Source: an uncultured Solirubrobacterales bacterium
Lineage (GTDB): Bacteria; Actinomycetota; Thermoleophilia; Solirubrobacterales; 70-9
DNA length: 64,000 bases
Direction of reading: 5' to 3'
Assembly (NCBI GenBank): GCA_963808565.1
Contig: CAWEGM010000014.1
Location: forward strand, 92,918-156,917
The number at the start of each line of letters is the position of its first letter. Positions within the stretch are counted from its first letter, which is position 1. Below are positions 1 to 12,122 of the stretch, piece by piece. The notes beneath the pieces are model-generated. The model saw nothing but the letters and a program-made list of their open reading frames with translations, was not told the origin of the DNA and made no database searches. A program made the position numbers and the translations under genes.

Positions 1-1289
1 CCCCCTCGCCGAGGTCGATCCCGACATCGCCCGGGTGCTCGACGGCGAGCTCGGCCGCCAGCAGGGGACGCTCGAGATGATCGCCTCCGAGAACTTCGTT
101 CCGCAGGCGGTCCTCGACGCGGCGGGCTCCGTGCTCACCAACAAGTACGCCGAGGGATACCCCGGCAAGCGCTACTACGGCGGCTGCGAGTGGGTCGACA
201 TCGCCGAGCAGCTCGCGATCGACCGGGCGAAGGAGGTGTTCGGCGCCGAGCACGCCAACGTCCAGCCCCACGCCGGCGCTCAGGCCAACAACGCCGCCTA
301 CATGGCGATGCTCGAGCCCGGCGACACGATCATGGGGATGGCCCTCGACCACGGCGGCCACCTCACCCACGGGATGAAGCTGAACGTCTCGGGCAAGCTC
401 TACGACGTCGTCGCCTACCACGTGCGTCGCGAGGACAAGCTCGTCGACATGGACGAGGTCGCGCCGCTTGCGAAGGAGCACGAGCCGAAGGTGATCGTCG
501 CGGGCTGGTCCGCCTACCCGCGGCAGCTCGACTTCGCCGCCTTCCGCGAGATCGCCGATTCGGTCGGACGCCAAGCTGATGGTCGACATGGCCCACTTCG
601 CCGGGCTGGTCGCGGCGGGCGAGCATCCGAGCCCGGTCCCGCACGCCGACGTCGTCACCACCACCATCCACAAGACGCTCTGCGGCCCGCGCAGCGGGAT
701 GATCCTCTGCAAGGAGGAGCTCGCGGCCGACATCAACCGCTCCGTCTTCCCGGGCGAGCAGGGCGGCCCGCTGATGCACATCATCGCCGCCAAGGCGGTG
801 GCCCTGAAGATCGCCCAGAGCGAGCAGTTCAAGGAGCGCCAGCGGCAGACGATCGCCAACGCCCAGGCGTTCGCGCGAGGAGCTGATCGCCGGCGGGATC
901 GACGTGCTCACCGGCGGCACCGACGTGCATCTCGTCCTGGTCGACCTGACGCAACACCGGGTCTCGACGGCAAGACGGCGGAGGACCGCCTCGAGGAGGT
1001 CGGGATCACGGTGAACCGCAACGCGATCCCGTTCGACGAGCGCCCGCCGATGAACCCCTCCGGCCTGCGGATCGGGACTCCGGCGCTCACGACGCGCGGG
1101 CTGGTCGAGGACGACCTGCGCGAGATCGCCAGGGTGATCGTCGCGGCGCTCGGCCGACGACTTCGACTCGCAGAGGGACTCGCTCCTCGAGCGACTCTCG
1201 CGCGCTGATGGAGAAGTACCCCCTCTATCCGCAGCTCAGTCAGCGACCGTCGAGCGCCGAGCTGGAGCGCCGCAGAATCCGGCGGATGA
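1..1289 (+). pseudogene. glyA: serine hydroxymethyltransferase; 5' end outside window; frame-disrupted (pseudogene or sequence error)
   Basis: SHMT hallmark peptides are present: [122 protein letters not shown]. They lie in different frames, with switches near 568, 885, 955, 1153 and 1198. The 3' end is uncertain (1208-1289). Confidence 0.8.
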
Positions 1290-2354
1290 GGATCTGGGCC
1301 GACATGAGCGGCGCCGGCGCATGTCCTCGTGCTCCGGCCGATCATCGAGCGCCTGCGGGCGCGGGCCACGAGGTGACTCGTCACGGCTCGCGTGAGTACA
1401 CCCAGACCCAGGAGCTGCTCGAGCTGCACGGACATGGACTACACGCTGATCGGCAAGCCATGGCGGCGCCTCGCGTGTGCGCAAGCTGCTGCGTCTCATC
1501 CAGCGCACCGGCGAGGATGCGGCGGTTCGGCAAGGGCAAACGGGTTCGACCTGGCGATCGCGCACGGCTCCAACGACCTCGCGATCGCGTCCCGGGCTGC
1601 TCGGCATCCCCGAGGCGAACATGCACGACTACGAGTTCGCGGTCGCGCAGCACCAGGTCGGCTGCCGGCTCGCGAAGCGCGTGATCTTCCCGGACTCCGT
1701 GCCCGCCGGAGCGGCTGAAGCGGTTCGGCGTCACGCCCGAGAAGCTGTTCCAGTACCCCGGGATCAAGGAGGAGTACTACCTCTCCGACTTCGAGGTCGA
1801 CCAGCGACGCGCTCGAGAAGCTCGGCGTCGACACCGAGCGCGTCGTGGTGGTGGTTCGCCCGCCGCCCGACGTCTCGCTCTACCACCGCCGCTCGAACCC
1901 CCTCTTTCCGCAGGTGCTCGCGCGAGTAGGCTCTGAGCCCGGTGTCCACGCGGTCGGTCCTGCCGCGCACCGAGGAGCAGCGCGACATACGTCAAGGGGC
2001 TGGCCTTGCCGTCGCTGATCGTGCCCGATCACGCGGTGGAGGCGCAGAGTCTGGTGGCCCTCGCCGATCTGGTCGTCTCCGCGGGAGGGACGATGAACCG
2101 GGAGGCCGTCGCCCTCGGCACCCCGGTCTACACGACCTACGGCGGGCCGGCTGGGCGGCGTGGACGAGGCGCTGATCCGCTCGAACCGGCTGCGACCGCT
2201 GACCGACCCCCGAGCGCTCGAGCTCGAGAAGAAGAACGGGCAGGGCGAGCGGGTCCGGCGCGATCCCGCAGCTGCTCGTCGACCTGATGCTGGGCGCGGC
2301 GGAGTCCGAAGGCGGGCCCATGAGCCCGCCCGCTCGCGCCCGCACCGAGCCTGA
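1286..2354 (+). pseudogene. DUF354-family (GT-B-like) protein, frame-disrupted
   Basis: Pieces MRIWADM, GHEV, REYTQTQELLELHG, FDLAIAHGSNDLAIASR, MHDYEFAVAQHQVGCRLAKRVIFPDSVP, PEKLFQYPGIKEEYYLSDFEVD, VVVVRPPPDVSLYHRRSNPLFPQVL and SLVALADLVVSAGGTMNREAVALGTPVYTTYGG match my recollection of DUF354. They are scattered over all three + frames. Both ends are approximate. Confidence 0.5.
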
Positions 2355-2425
2355 CGGGTCAGCCACCCCCGGGTCGGTGGCGTCGGGCGAGCAGGCGGAG
2401 AGGCTGGCGGACCAGTACTCGGTGC

Positions 2426-3058
2426 ATGGCCTCGGAGGACTTCGCGCCACGAGGCGTGGACGTCGTGCTCCGCGCCCTGGACCTGCATGATCGCGGGAAT
2501 CGCGCTCCTGATCCTGTCCCCGCTTCTCGGGCTGCTCGCCCTCGCGACGCTGCTCACCTCCGGCAGGCCTGTGCTCTACCGGGGCGAGCGCGTCGGGCGC
2601 GCGGGTCGCGTCTTCACGATGTACAAGCTGCAGGACGCTGACGCCCGGTGCGGAGAGCCGGCTCGGGCAACGTACTACGGCGAGGAGCTGAGCCGCCGCA
2701 CCGAGCAGGAGGTGACGCATGGTCGGGACGCGCCGCGCGGCTGACCCACATCGACGAGGTGCCCCAGCTGTTCAACGTGGTCCGCGGCGACATGAGCATG
2801 GTCGGCCCCCGACCCGTGCGTCCGGCGTTCTTCGACCGGCTGGTGAAGGACGTCCCGCAGTACTGGCAGCGGCTCGTCCTCAGGCCCGGCGTGACCGGGT
2901 TCGCGCAGACGAGGATCACCCGCGAGGACTCGTGGGAGGACAAGCTGATCCACGACCTCGAGTACATCGCGGACCGCTCGATCCGCCTCTACCTCCGGGT
3001 CCTCGGCGCCACCATGGCGCGGATCGTCCGGCTGACGCTCCGCGGCCGGAACCGCTAG
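2426..3058 (+). pseudogene. bacterial sugar transferase (polyprenyl-phosphate glycosyl-1-phosphate transferase, WbaP/PglC-like), frame-disrupted
   Basis: N-terminal TM plus IAGIALLILSPLLGLLALATLLTSGRPVLYRGERVGRAGRVFTMYKL. C-terminal block IDEVPQLFNVVRGDMSMVGPRPVRPAFF...RPGVTGFAQ. At least two frame switches lie between about 2480 and 2740. Confidence 0.7.
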
Positions 3059-3112
3059 TGGAGACCGCTCGAGGGCACCGGGCGATCCTGAGGCCTCTCT
3101 AGACTCGCCCGC

Positions 3113-5023
3113 ATGTGCGGGATATGCGGCCTCGTCTCCCTCGACGGGGCCTCCGGCCCCGATCCCACGGCTCTCGCCGCGATGAACGAGACCCTGGTTC
3201 ACCGCGGCCCCGACTCCGACGGAAGCCTGATCGATGGGCCGGTAGGCCTCGCAATGCGGAGGCTCTCGATCATCGACCTCGCCGGGGGGGACCAGCCGAT
3301 CGGAAACGAGGACGGCCGGATCCAGGTGATCCAGAACGGCGAGATCTACAACTACCGCGAGCTGATGGAGCAGCTCCGGGCGCCGCGGGCACACGTTCTC
3401 GACCCATTCCGACACGGAGGTCCTCGTTCACCTCTACGAGGAGCGGGGTCCCGCCTTCGTCGAGGACCTCCGCGGGATGTTCGCGATCGCGATCTGGGAC
3501 GCCCGCCACGGGGCGGCTGGTCCTCGCGAGCGACCGCTTCGGGATCAAGCCGCTCTACTACCGCGTCGCCGATGGGACGCTCTCATTCGCGTCCGAGCTC
3601 AAGGCCCTGCTCCGCCAGCCGGGGTTCTCGCGCGAGATCGACCACGACGCGCTCGAGGCGTTCCTCGCCTTCAACTCGATCCCGGCCCCGATGACGATCT
3701 TCAAAGAGGCGCGAAAGCTCCCCGCCGGGCACACGCTCGTCTCCGAGCGGGGTGAGGTGGCGATCTCGCGGTACGCGCGCCCGTCACCGGTCCCTGCTGA
3801 CCGGGTCCGATCGAGAGCCGCCGAGAGGCGCGGCCGAGGAGCTCCGCGAGCGCCTGCGGGATTCCGTGCGCGCCCACCTGGTCTCCGACGTTCCCGTCGG
3901 GGTGCTTCTCTCGGGAGGGATCGACTCGGCGGCGCTCACCGCCCTCGCCGCGGCCAGGAGAGCGGCTACCGGGTGAGCACCTTCTCGATCGGCTTCGAGG
4001 AGAGCTCGTTCGACGAGCTCGAGCAGGCGCGTCTCGTAGCCGCAGCGCTACGGCACCGACCACCACGAGCTGACTCTTCGCCCCGACGCGGTGGACCTTC
4101 TGCCCCGCCTGGTCGAGGCCTTCGACGAGCCGTTCGGCGACTCCTCGGCTCTGCCGACCTACCTCGTCTCCCAGCTCGCCGCCGACACGGTGAAGGTCGT
4201 TCTCTCGGGCGAGGGCGGCGACGAGCTCTTCGGCGGCTACTACACCTACGTCGCCGACCGGCTGGCTCCCCGGGTCGGAAGGGCGGCGCCGCTTCCTGCG
4301 GCCCCTGGTGGAGCGGCTTCCGAGCTCCTCCTCGAAGGTGAGCTTCGACTACAAGGCGAAGCGCTTCGTGCGGGGGGCGCACCTCCGGCCGGTCGAGCGC
4401 CACCACGCGTGGAAGGAGATCTTCTCGCGGAGGCGCAGCGCGCCCTGCTCGCGGAGGGCCCCAGCTCCGATCCGCTCGACCTCTATCGGGCCCGGTACGC
4501 CGAGACCGAGGGCGCCCAGGAGCTCGCCCGCCTGCAGGACCTCGATCTCGGGATCTATCTGGTCGACGACCTCCTGGTGAAGACCGACCGGGCGAGCATG
4601 GCTCACTCGCTCGAGGCCCGCGTCCCGTTCCTCGACCCGGTCGTCGCCGAGCTCGCCCTCGCCCTCGAGACGAAGCAGAAGGTGCGCGGGTTCCAAAAGA
4701 AGCGGCTCCTGCGCCGAGCCGTGGCGCCGCTGCTGCCACGGGAGATCACCCGCGGCCGAAAGCAGGGGTTCTCGATCCCGGTCGCCGCCTGGCTCCGCGG
4801 CGACTTCAGCCAGTTCGCCCGCGACGTGCTCTCCCCGGAGACGGTAAGGCGGCAGGGCTTCCTCAACCCCGAGGCGGTCACGAGGGTGCTGGACGAGCAT
4901 GTCTCGGGCAGTGAGGACCTGAGCAGGCAGATCTGGGGCCTCCTCGCTTCACGCTCTGGTTCGACCGCTCCGCGCGCGAGCCGGCACCGGCGCCGCGCCG
5001 AATCGACGGGAGGCGCCGGTTGA
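3113..5023 (+). pseudogene. asnB: asparagine synthase (glutamine-hydrolysing), frame-disrupted
   Basis: MCGICG Ntn start, [43 protein letters not shown] (PP-loop), EPFGDSSALPTYLVSQLA, VLSGEGGDELFGGY, LVKTDRASMAHSLEARVPFLD. The pieces are spread over three frames (ORFs 3113.., 3115.., 3752.., 4091..). Confidence 0.8.
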
Positions 5024-5072
5024 CGCCCGACACGCTCCGACGCGCTGCTGGCGTTCATCTTCGCCGGGCGCC

Positions 5073-6335
5073 GTGGTCTGGACGCTCGTGCCCGCGACCG
5101 AGATGCTCGCTCGGCGCATCGGCGACCGGGCCATCGACCATCCGAACGAGCGCAGCCTGCACGAGGTCCCGACCCCGAAGCTGGGCGGGATCGCGGTGCT
5201 CGTCGCGGTGGTGGTCGCAGGCCTGATCTTCCTCCCCTGGGACCAGGAGACGCGCTCGATCCTTGCCGGTGCGGTCGTGATCACCGCGGTTGGCGTGGTC
5301 GACGACCTGGTCGACCTGCCTGCCGGCGTAAAGCTCCTCGGTCAGGCCGCCGCGGCGATCATCCCGGTGGCCTCGGGCGTGACGGTCGACAACTTCACCC
5401 TGCCGTTCATCGGGCGGGTCGACCCGGGTGGGACGGAGCTGATCGATCCGCCGGGGATCGGCGCGATCGACCTCGGCCAGGTCCTCACGGTGTTCGGGAT
5501 CGTCGCCGTGGCCAACGTGATCAACCTGATCGACGGTGTCGACGGGCTTGCCGCCGGCGTCTGCCTGATCTCGGCCGGCTCGCTCGCGATCATCGCGCTC
5601 TCGCTGGACCGCAACGAGGCCGGCGTCCTCGCGGCGACGACGGCCGGCGCCTCGCTCGGGTTCCTCCGCCACGGCTTCCCGCCCGCCTCGAGTTTCATGG
5701 GGGACACGGGGTCGAATCTGCTCGGCTACCTGATGGCGGTGATCACGGTCCAGGGCGCGCTGAAGACCAACGCGGTCGTCGCTCTCTTCTTCCCGCTGGT
5801 CATCCTTGCCGTACCGATCCTCGACACCGGCTTCGTGGTCGCCCGGCGGCTGAAGTACGGGGCGCCGATCTACCGGGCGGACAAGCAGCACTTCCACCAC
5901 CGAATGGCGAGGATCGGATTCAGCCAGCGCCGGACGATCTCGTACCTCTACGGATGGACACTCGTCCTCGCGGCCGTCGCCCTGGCCCTGCGGTTCGTCC
6001 CCTACAGCGACGACCGCGGCAACTTCGACGCCGCCTGGACAACCTTCATGGTGCTGTGCCTGTTCGCAGCGCTCGCGGCCAGCATCTACGTGATCAGCGT
6101 GCTCGAGATCCTCAAGCTGAAGCGGTTTCGCTGGCGCCAGCTGGTCGGGATCCGTGGTCCCGCCGCGCCGCCTCCGGACGAGGCCGAGGTCGACGCCGGC
6201 GTGCAGCATGAGCTGGAAACCGGCGAGTTCACAGCGGTTGATCCGGACACCGGGGAGATCGCCGCTCTCGATCCCGACACGGGCGAGATGGAGGCTGTTC
6301 AGCCCCCGGCCGACGGGGGCAAGAGCCCCCGATAG
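5073..6335 (+). CDS. wecA: MraY/WecA-family polyprenyl-phosphate N-acetylhexosamine-1-phosphate transferase
   Basis: 420-aa ORF with HPNERSLHEVPTPKLGGIA, VVDDLVDLPAGVKLLGQ, NVINLIDGVDGLAAG and FMGDTGSNLLGY. It sits upstream of the atp operon, as rfe/wecA does in mycobacteria. The N-terminus probably continues upstream (DALLAFIFAG in another frame at 5039-5068). Confidence 0.75.
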   Translation: MVWTLVPATEMLARRIGDRAIDHPNERSLHEVPTPKLGGIAVLVAVVVAGLIFLPWDQETRSILAGAVVITAVGVVDDLVDLPAGVKLLGQAAAAIIPVASGVTVDNFTLPFIGRVDPGGTELIDPPGIGAIDLGQVLTVFGIVAVANVINLIDGVDGLAAGVCLISAGSLAIIALSLDRNEAGVLAATTAGASLGFLRHGFPPASSFMGDTGSNLLGYLMAVITVQGALKTNAVVALFFPLVILAVPILDTGFVVARRLKYGAPIYRADKQHFHHRMARIGFSQRRTISYLYGWTLVLAAVALALRFVPYSDDRGNFDAAWTTFMVLCLFAALAASIYVISVLEILKLKRFRWRQLVGIRGPAAPPPDEAEVDAGVQHELETGEFTAVDPDTGEIAALDPDTGEMEAVQPPADGGKSPR

Positions 6336-6613
6336 ACACGCCGTCTGCGAAGCGCAGTCGCTAGGATTCGCCGCCCCTCCGGTCCTGGGGAGGAGGGTCA
6401 CTTGCCGGTGGGGGCAAGAAGCTTTCAATTGCGCTCGTTCGAATTCGACAGATCCGATGTACCGCCCAGGCGTGGTCGCGGTTGCCGCCGGGGCGATGCT
6501 TGCTCCGCCGCCCGCGTCCATGACGGCGCAGCACGGGATCGGCTCCCGACGGGATTTCGCGGTCCCGCTCGAGCCGGTCGGCCCCCTCGCGGGCCTCGGC
6601 GAGGGGATGGCTC

Positions 6614-7039
6614 GTGTCTACGCTCGCTGTAGATGGAGTCAGCGGCGCCGTCGGAACCTCCCGCATGGCGACCGCCCTCCGGTACTTCGACCTCGTGCTA
6701 CTCGGCGCTGCGCTGCCGGTGTTCATTGCTGCCGACCTGCCGATGGCGGGCTACGTCGCCGTCGCGGCGGTCTGGGTCATCCAGTACGGGATCGAGATCG
6801 CCGCTGACCGGGCCGTAGCTCGGGCGGCCGTCAAGGGCGATCGGCGCGCGGCCCTCGGGTGGATCGGCGCCACCACTCTCGCCCGTGTGTGGATCATCGC
6901 CCTCGCCGTCCTTCTCGTCGGCCTGCTCTCGAGCGAAGACGCCGGCCTGGCCGCGGCCGTGCTCGCCGCCATCCTCTTCACGGTTCACTTCGGCGCTCGT
7001 GTCCTCCTGCGCGTTCTCACCCCTGAGGACGAGAGGCTG
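6614..7039 (+). CDS. small multi-TM membrane protein in the AtpI/Rv1303 position, read in-frame into atpB in this sequence
   Basis: GC3-rich frame with about 4 hydrophobic helices (LVLLGAALPVFIAA, GYVAVAAVWVIQYG, VWIIALAVLLVGLL, AAAVLAAILFTVHF). There is no stop before the atpB ATG at 7040. Alternative start is ATG 6665. Confidence 0.45.
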
Positions 7040-7957
7040 ATGGCGGACTGGTCGACGAAGCAGAAGGTGCTGTTCGGGGTCGGGGTCTACTTCGCGATCA
7101 CGATCGCGCTGTTGCTGATCTTCGGGAACGACGGGAAGAACGACGAGTTCAAGCCCCAGGACGAGTTCAAGCTCGACGACTGGATCCCGATCCATCTCGG
7201 CCCGATCAATTTCTCGATCAACAGGGCCGTCCTGTACCTGCTGCTCGCGAGCGCGGCGACGATCTGGGTGATGACCTACGTCGCCAGGCGCATGCAGATG
7301 AAGCCGAACCGCGTCCAGGCGGCGGTCGAGGTCGCCTACGACATGACGAAGAACAACATCACCGGCGGCAACCTCTCCGGTTCCTACGCCGCCAAGTGGT
7401 TCCCGTTCATCGCCACCCTGTTCTTCTTCATCGCGTTCTCGAACCTGCTCGGCTACCTGCCGCTGCCCACCAACAGTCACGAGACGGTGGACATCTTCGG
7501 GATCGCGTTCCCTTCGATCGCGATCTACGCAGCGACGGCGAATATCTCATTCGCACTGGGGCTCACACTGGTGGTTTGGTTCAGCTACCACATCGAGGGG
7601 ATCAGGGCCAAGGGCCTGTTCGGCTACCTGAAGAGTTTCCTGCCGGCCGGCCTCGAGGACATGAATCCGATCGGGAAGGGGCTGATCTTCGCGATCGAGG
7701 TGCTCTCGCACTTCATGCGGCTGGTCTCGCTGTCGGTGCGACTGTTCGCCAACATCCTCGCGGGCCACCTGCTGCTCCTGTTCATGGGCGGCGGGCTGGC
7801 GGTGCTGCTGGGCCTGGCGGCCCTCGGAGCGCTTACCTTCCCACTGGCATTCGTCTTCTTCATCCTCGAGGCGGGCCTGATCGCAACCCTTCAGGCGTTC
7901 ATCTTCGCCACCCTCTCTGCCATCTACATCGGCGGCGCAGTCGCCGATAGTCACTAA
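7040..7957 (+). CDS. atpB: F0F1 ATP synthase subunit a
   Basis: MADWSTKQK...SVRLFANILAGHLLL (conserved Arg of subunit a)...LQAFIFATLSAIYIGG. The literal ORF is 6614..7957, and ATG 7040 is the start homologous to canonical AtpB. Confidence 0.85.
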   Translation: MADWSTKQKVLFGVGVYFAITIALLLIFGNDGKNDEFKPQDEFKLDDWIPIHLGPINFSINRAVLYLLLASAATIWVMTYVARRMQMKPNRVQAAVEVAYDMTKNNITGGNLSGSYAAKWFPFIATLFFFIAFSNLLGYLPLPTNSHETVDIFGIAFPSIAIYAATANISFALGLTLVVWFSYHIEGIRAKGLFGYLKSFLPAGLEDMNPIGKGLIFAIEVLSHFMRLVSLSVRLFANILAGHLLLLFMGGGLAVLLGLAALGALTFPLAFVFFILEAGLIATLQAFIFATLSAIYIGGAVADSH

Positions 7958-7975
7958 CCAAAGGAGCGCTGATTC

Positions 7976-8257
7976 ATGGTTGATGTGTTTGTTCCGATCG
8001 CCCAGGCTGCTGAGGGCGTCACGGACACCGGGATAACCGACGCGGGAAAGGCGATTGCGCTGGGCGTCGGTGCGGGCCTCGGCTCGATCGGGGCAGGCAT
8101 CGGCATCGGCTTCATCTTCGGCAAGGAGATCGAGTCGGTCGCCCGCCAGCCCGAGATGAAGGACGACCTCCAGCAGATTCGCTGGCTCGGCTTCGCGCTG
8201 ACCGAGGCGGTCGCCTTCTACACGTTCATCTTCGGTCTGATCGCATTCTTCCTCTAG
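7976..8257 (+). CDS. atpE: F0F1 ATP synthase subunit c
   Basis: 93-aa two-helix proteolipid: GAGLGSIGAGIGIGFIFG...ARQPE...LGFALTEAVAFYTFIFGLIAFF, with the carboxylate Glu in helix 2. Confidence 0.95.
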   Translation: MVDVFVPIAQAAEGVTDTGITDAGKAIALGVGAGLGSIGAGIGIGFIFGKEIESVARQPEMKDDLQQIRWLGFALTEAVAFYTFIFGLIAFFL

Positions 8258-8260
8258 GCC

Positions 8261-8875
8261 GTGGACCTGGTAAGTCAGATAGCGACGCTCGCTCCCCTCG
8301 CGCAGGAAGCCGCCGAGGAGGAGGGCGGCAGCTTTCTCGTCTCGCCGAATCTCGGCCTGATGATCTGGACGCTGCTCGTCTTCGGTTTCACGATGTACGT
8401 CCTCAAGAGGGTCGCCTTCCCGCGAATCCAGGAGGCGCTGGATCGGCGCGCCAACGCGATCAGGGAGTCGATCGAGCATGCGGAGAAGACCCGCCGGGAT
8501 GCCGATCAGATCCTCCAGGAGTACCGCGCCCGCTTGAAGGAGGCCCGCGAGCAGGCCGAGGACATCGTCTCCCGGGCCCGCAAGGCCGCCGATTCGGTCA
8601 AGGCACAGGCGGCCGAGGAGGGTCGCGATAAGCGCGAGGAGCTGCTGGCGGCCGCCAGGCGCGACATCGAGGCGGAGACCCGCCGCTCGCTGGAGCGGAT
8701 CCGCAAGGAGGTCGCCGACCTCACCGTGCTCACGACCGAGAAGGTCGCCCGCAAGTCGCTCACCGACGAGGACCACAAGCGGTTGATCGACGACGCGCTC
8801 GCCGAGGTCGACTTCTCGATTCTCGGCGGCAACGGGAGCGGGAGCGGGCAGAAGACGGAGGAGCCGGCGAGCTAG
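8261..8875 (+). CDS. atpF: F0F1 ATP synthase subunit b
   Basis: N-terminal TM (LGLMIWTLLVFGFTMYVL) followed by a long charged helix. Position between atpE and atpH. GTG start. Confidence 0.9.
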   Translation: MDLVSQIATLAPLAQEAAEEEGGSFLVSPNLGLMIWTLLVFGFTMYVLKRVAFPRIQEALDRRANAIRESIEHAEKTRRDADQILQEYRARLKEAREQAEDIVSRARKAADSVKAQAAEEGRDKREELLAAARRDIEAETRRSLERIRKEVADLTVLTTEKVARKSLTDEDHKRLIDDALAEVDFSILGGNGSGSGQKTEEPAS

Positions 8876-8922
8876 ATGCGAGGGCGCACCGCAAGCGAAG
8901 CTGAGGAGCGACCCGTTTAATG
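8872..8922 (-). repeat. intercistronic palindromic repeat (family copy A) containing a 14-codon mini-ORF
   Basis: CTAGATGCGAGGGCGCACC-GCAAGCGAAGCTGA-GGAGCGACCCGTTTAATGG. TAG 8873-75 is the atpF stop. The mini-ORF runs from ATG 8876 to TAA 8918-20. ATG 8920 is the atpH start (TAATG overlap). Confidence 0.85.
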
Positions 8923-9453
8923 GAGGAGATCGCTCGCGTATATGCGGACGCCCTGTTCGGGGCGGCCAAGGACCGGGACAAGCTCGATCAGATCCACGAG
9001 CAGCTCGGCGAGTTCACCGACGCCCTCGCGGAGAACAAGGAGATGCAGCTGTTCTTCTTCAGCCCGTACTTCTCCTCGACCGAGAAGCAGGAGGGGATCC
9101 GCAAGGCCGTCGACGGCGCAGAGCCCGAGCTCGTCAACTTCCTGGAGCTGCTGGCCGATAAGCACCGGATGCCTGTGCTCTTTCGGATCCGGCGCCAGTT
9201 CGACGCGCTGTGGGCGAAGGAGAACCGCCTCCTCGGGGTCACCGTGACGAGTGCGGTCGAGCTCGATCCCGAGGTCGCCGAGCGAATCGGCGAGGAGATC
9301 GAGCGTCAGACGGGCAACACGGTCGAGCTCCAGAGGCAGGTCGACCCCGCCATCCTCGGTGGGCTGGTCGTTCAGGTGGGCAACATGGTCTTGGACACGA
9401 GCATTCGGAACAGGCTCGAGAAACTGCGAAAGAGCGTCGCGTCGGCGGCATGA
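8920..9453 (+). CDS. atpH: F0F1 ATP synthase subunit delta (OSCP)
   Basis: 177 aa: MEEIARVYADALFGAA...; position between atpF and atpA. Confidence 0.9.
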   Translation: MEEIARVYADALFGAAKDRDKLDQIHEQLGEFTDALAENKEMQLFFFSPYFSSTEKQEGIRKAVDGAEPELVNFLELLADKHRMPVLFRIRRQFDALWAKENRLLGVTVTSAVELDPEVAERIGEEIERQTGNTVELQRQVDPAILGGLVVQVGNMVLDTSIRNRLEKLRKSVASAA

Positions 9454-9491
9454 CGTTGAGCGGTCGCCGAGAAGAAGGAGGAACCATCTAA

Positions 9492-11168
<1,677 letters not shown>

Positions 11169-11188
11169 GTCCGGACGGCACGCAAAGC

Positions 11189-12121
11189 ATGGCCACCCGC
11201 AAGGAAGTCAAGAACCGGATCTCGAGCGTTAAGAACGTTCAGAAGATCACGCGCGCGATGGAGATGGTCGCGGCCGCGCGGCTCCGTCGCGCCGAGCAGC
11301 GGATCGACCATCTGCGTCCCTACGCGCGCGAGCTCCGGAAGATGACTCGGCAGGTGGCCGAGGCCGCCGGCGTCGAGGCGAGGAACCTCCCGGTCCTCCA
11401 GGAGCACGAGGAGCAGAAGAACGTGGGGATCCTGCTCGTGACGGGTGACCGCGGCCTCGCCGGTTCGTTCAACTCACAGATCATCCGGGCCGGGGTTCAG
11501 CTCGAGCGCGAGCTCTCCAGCGAGGGCCGGCAGGTGTCCTTCTCGGTCGTCGGGCGGCGCGGCGTCTCGACGATGAGGTTCCGCGGCGAGGAGCTGAAGG
11601 GCGAGTACGTCGGGTTCACCGATCGGCCGGCGTTTGCCGATGCGCGCCAGATCGCCGACGACCTGATCGCCGGCTACGTCGATCAGGAGCTGAATCGGGT
11701 CGACCTGATCTACAACCGCTACGTCTCGCCGCTCACGCAGTACGTGCGCAGGCAGACGCTGCTCCCGGTGCAGCAGGCCGACGTCTTCGGGGAGGGGGTC
11801 GAGGAGCTCAGCCCGGACGAGGGGGAGGACCTCGACGAGGAGCTCGTCGAGGCGCACCGCAAGGCGCTCTGGGTCTACGAGCCCGAACCGGAGGAGCTGC
11901 TGGCCGAGCTGATCCCCGAGTACGCCCAGCTCAACGTCTACCGGGCGCTGCTCGAGTCCACGGCTTCCGAGCACGGCTCGCGGATGACCGCAATGCGGAA
12001 CGCCGCCGAGAACGCGAAGGAGGTGATCAGCGACCTGACCCTGGAGATGAACCGGGTGCGTCAGGCCGAGATCACCCAGGAGATCCTCGAGGTCGTGGCG
12101 GGCGCCGAGGGCGTCTCATGA
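11189..12121 (+). CDS. atpG: F0F1 ATP synthase subunit gamma
   Basis: MATRKEVKNRISSVKNVQKITRAMEMVAAARLRRAEQ...RQAEITQEILEVVAGAEG. 310-aa ORF. Confidence 0.95.
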   Translation: MATRKEVKNRISSVKNVQKITRAMEMVAAARLRRAEQRIDHLRPYARELRKMTRQVAEAAGVEARNLPVLQEHEEQKNVGILLVTGDRGLAGSFNSQIIRAGVQLERELSSEGRQVSFSVVGRRGVSTMRFRGEELKGEYVGFTDRPAFADARQIADDLIAGYVDQELNRVDLIYNRYVSPLTQYVRRQTLLPVQQADVFGEGVEELSPDEGEDLDEELVEAHRKALWVYEPEPEELLAELIPEYAQLNVYRALLESTASEHGSRMTAMRNAAENAKEVISDLTLEMNRVRQAEITQEILEVVAGAEGVS

Positions 12122-12122
12122 A

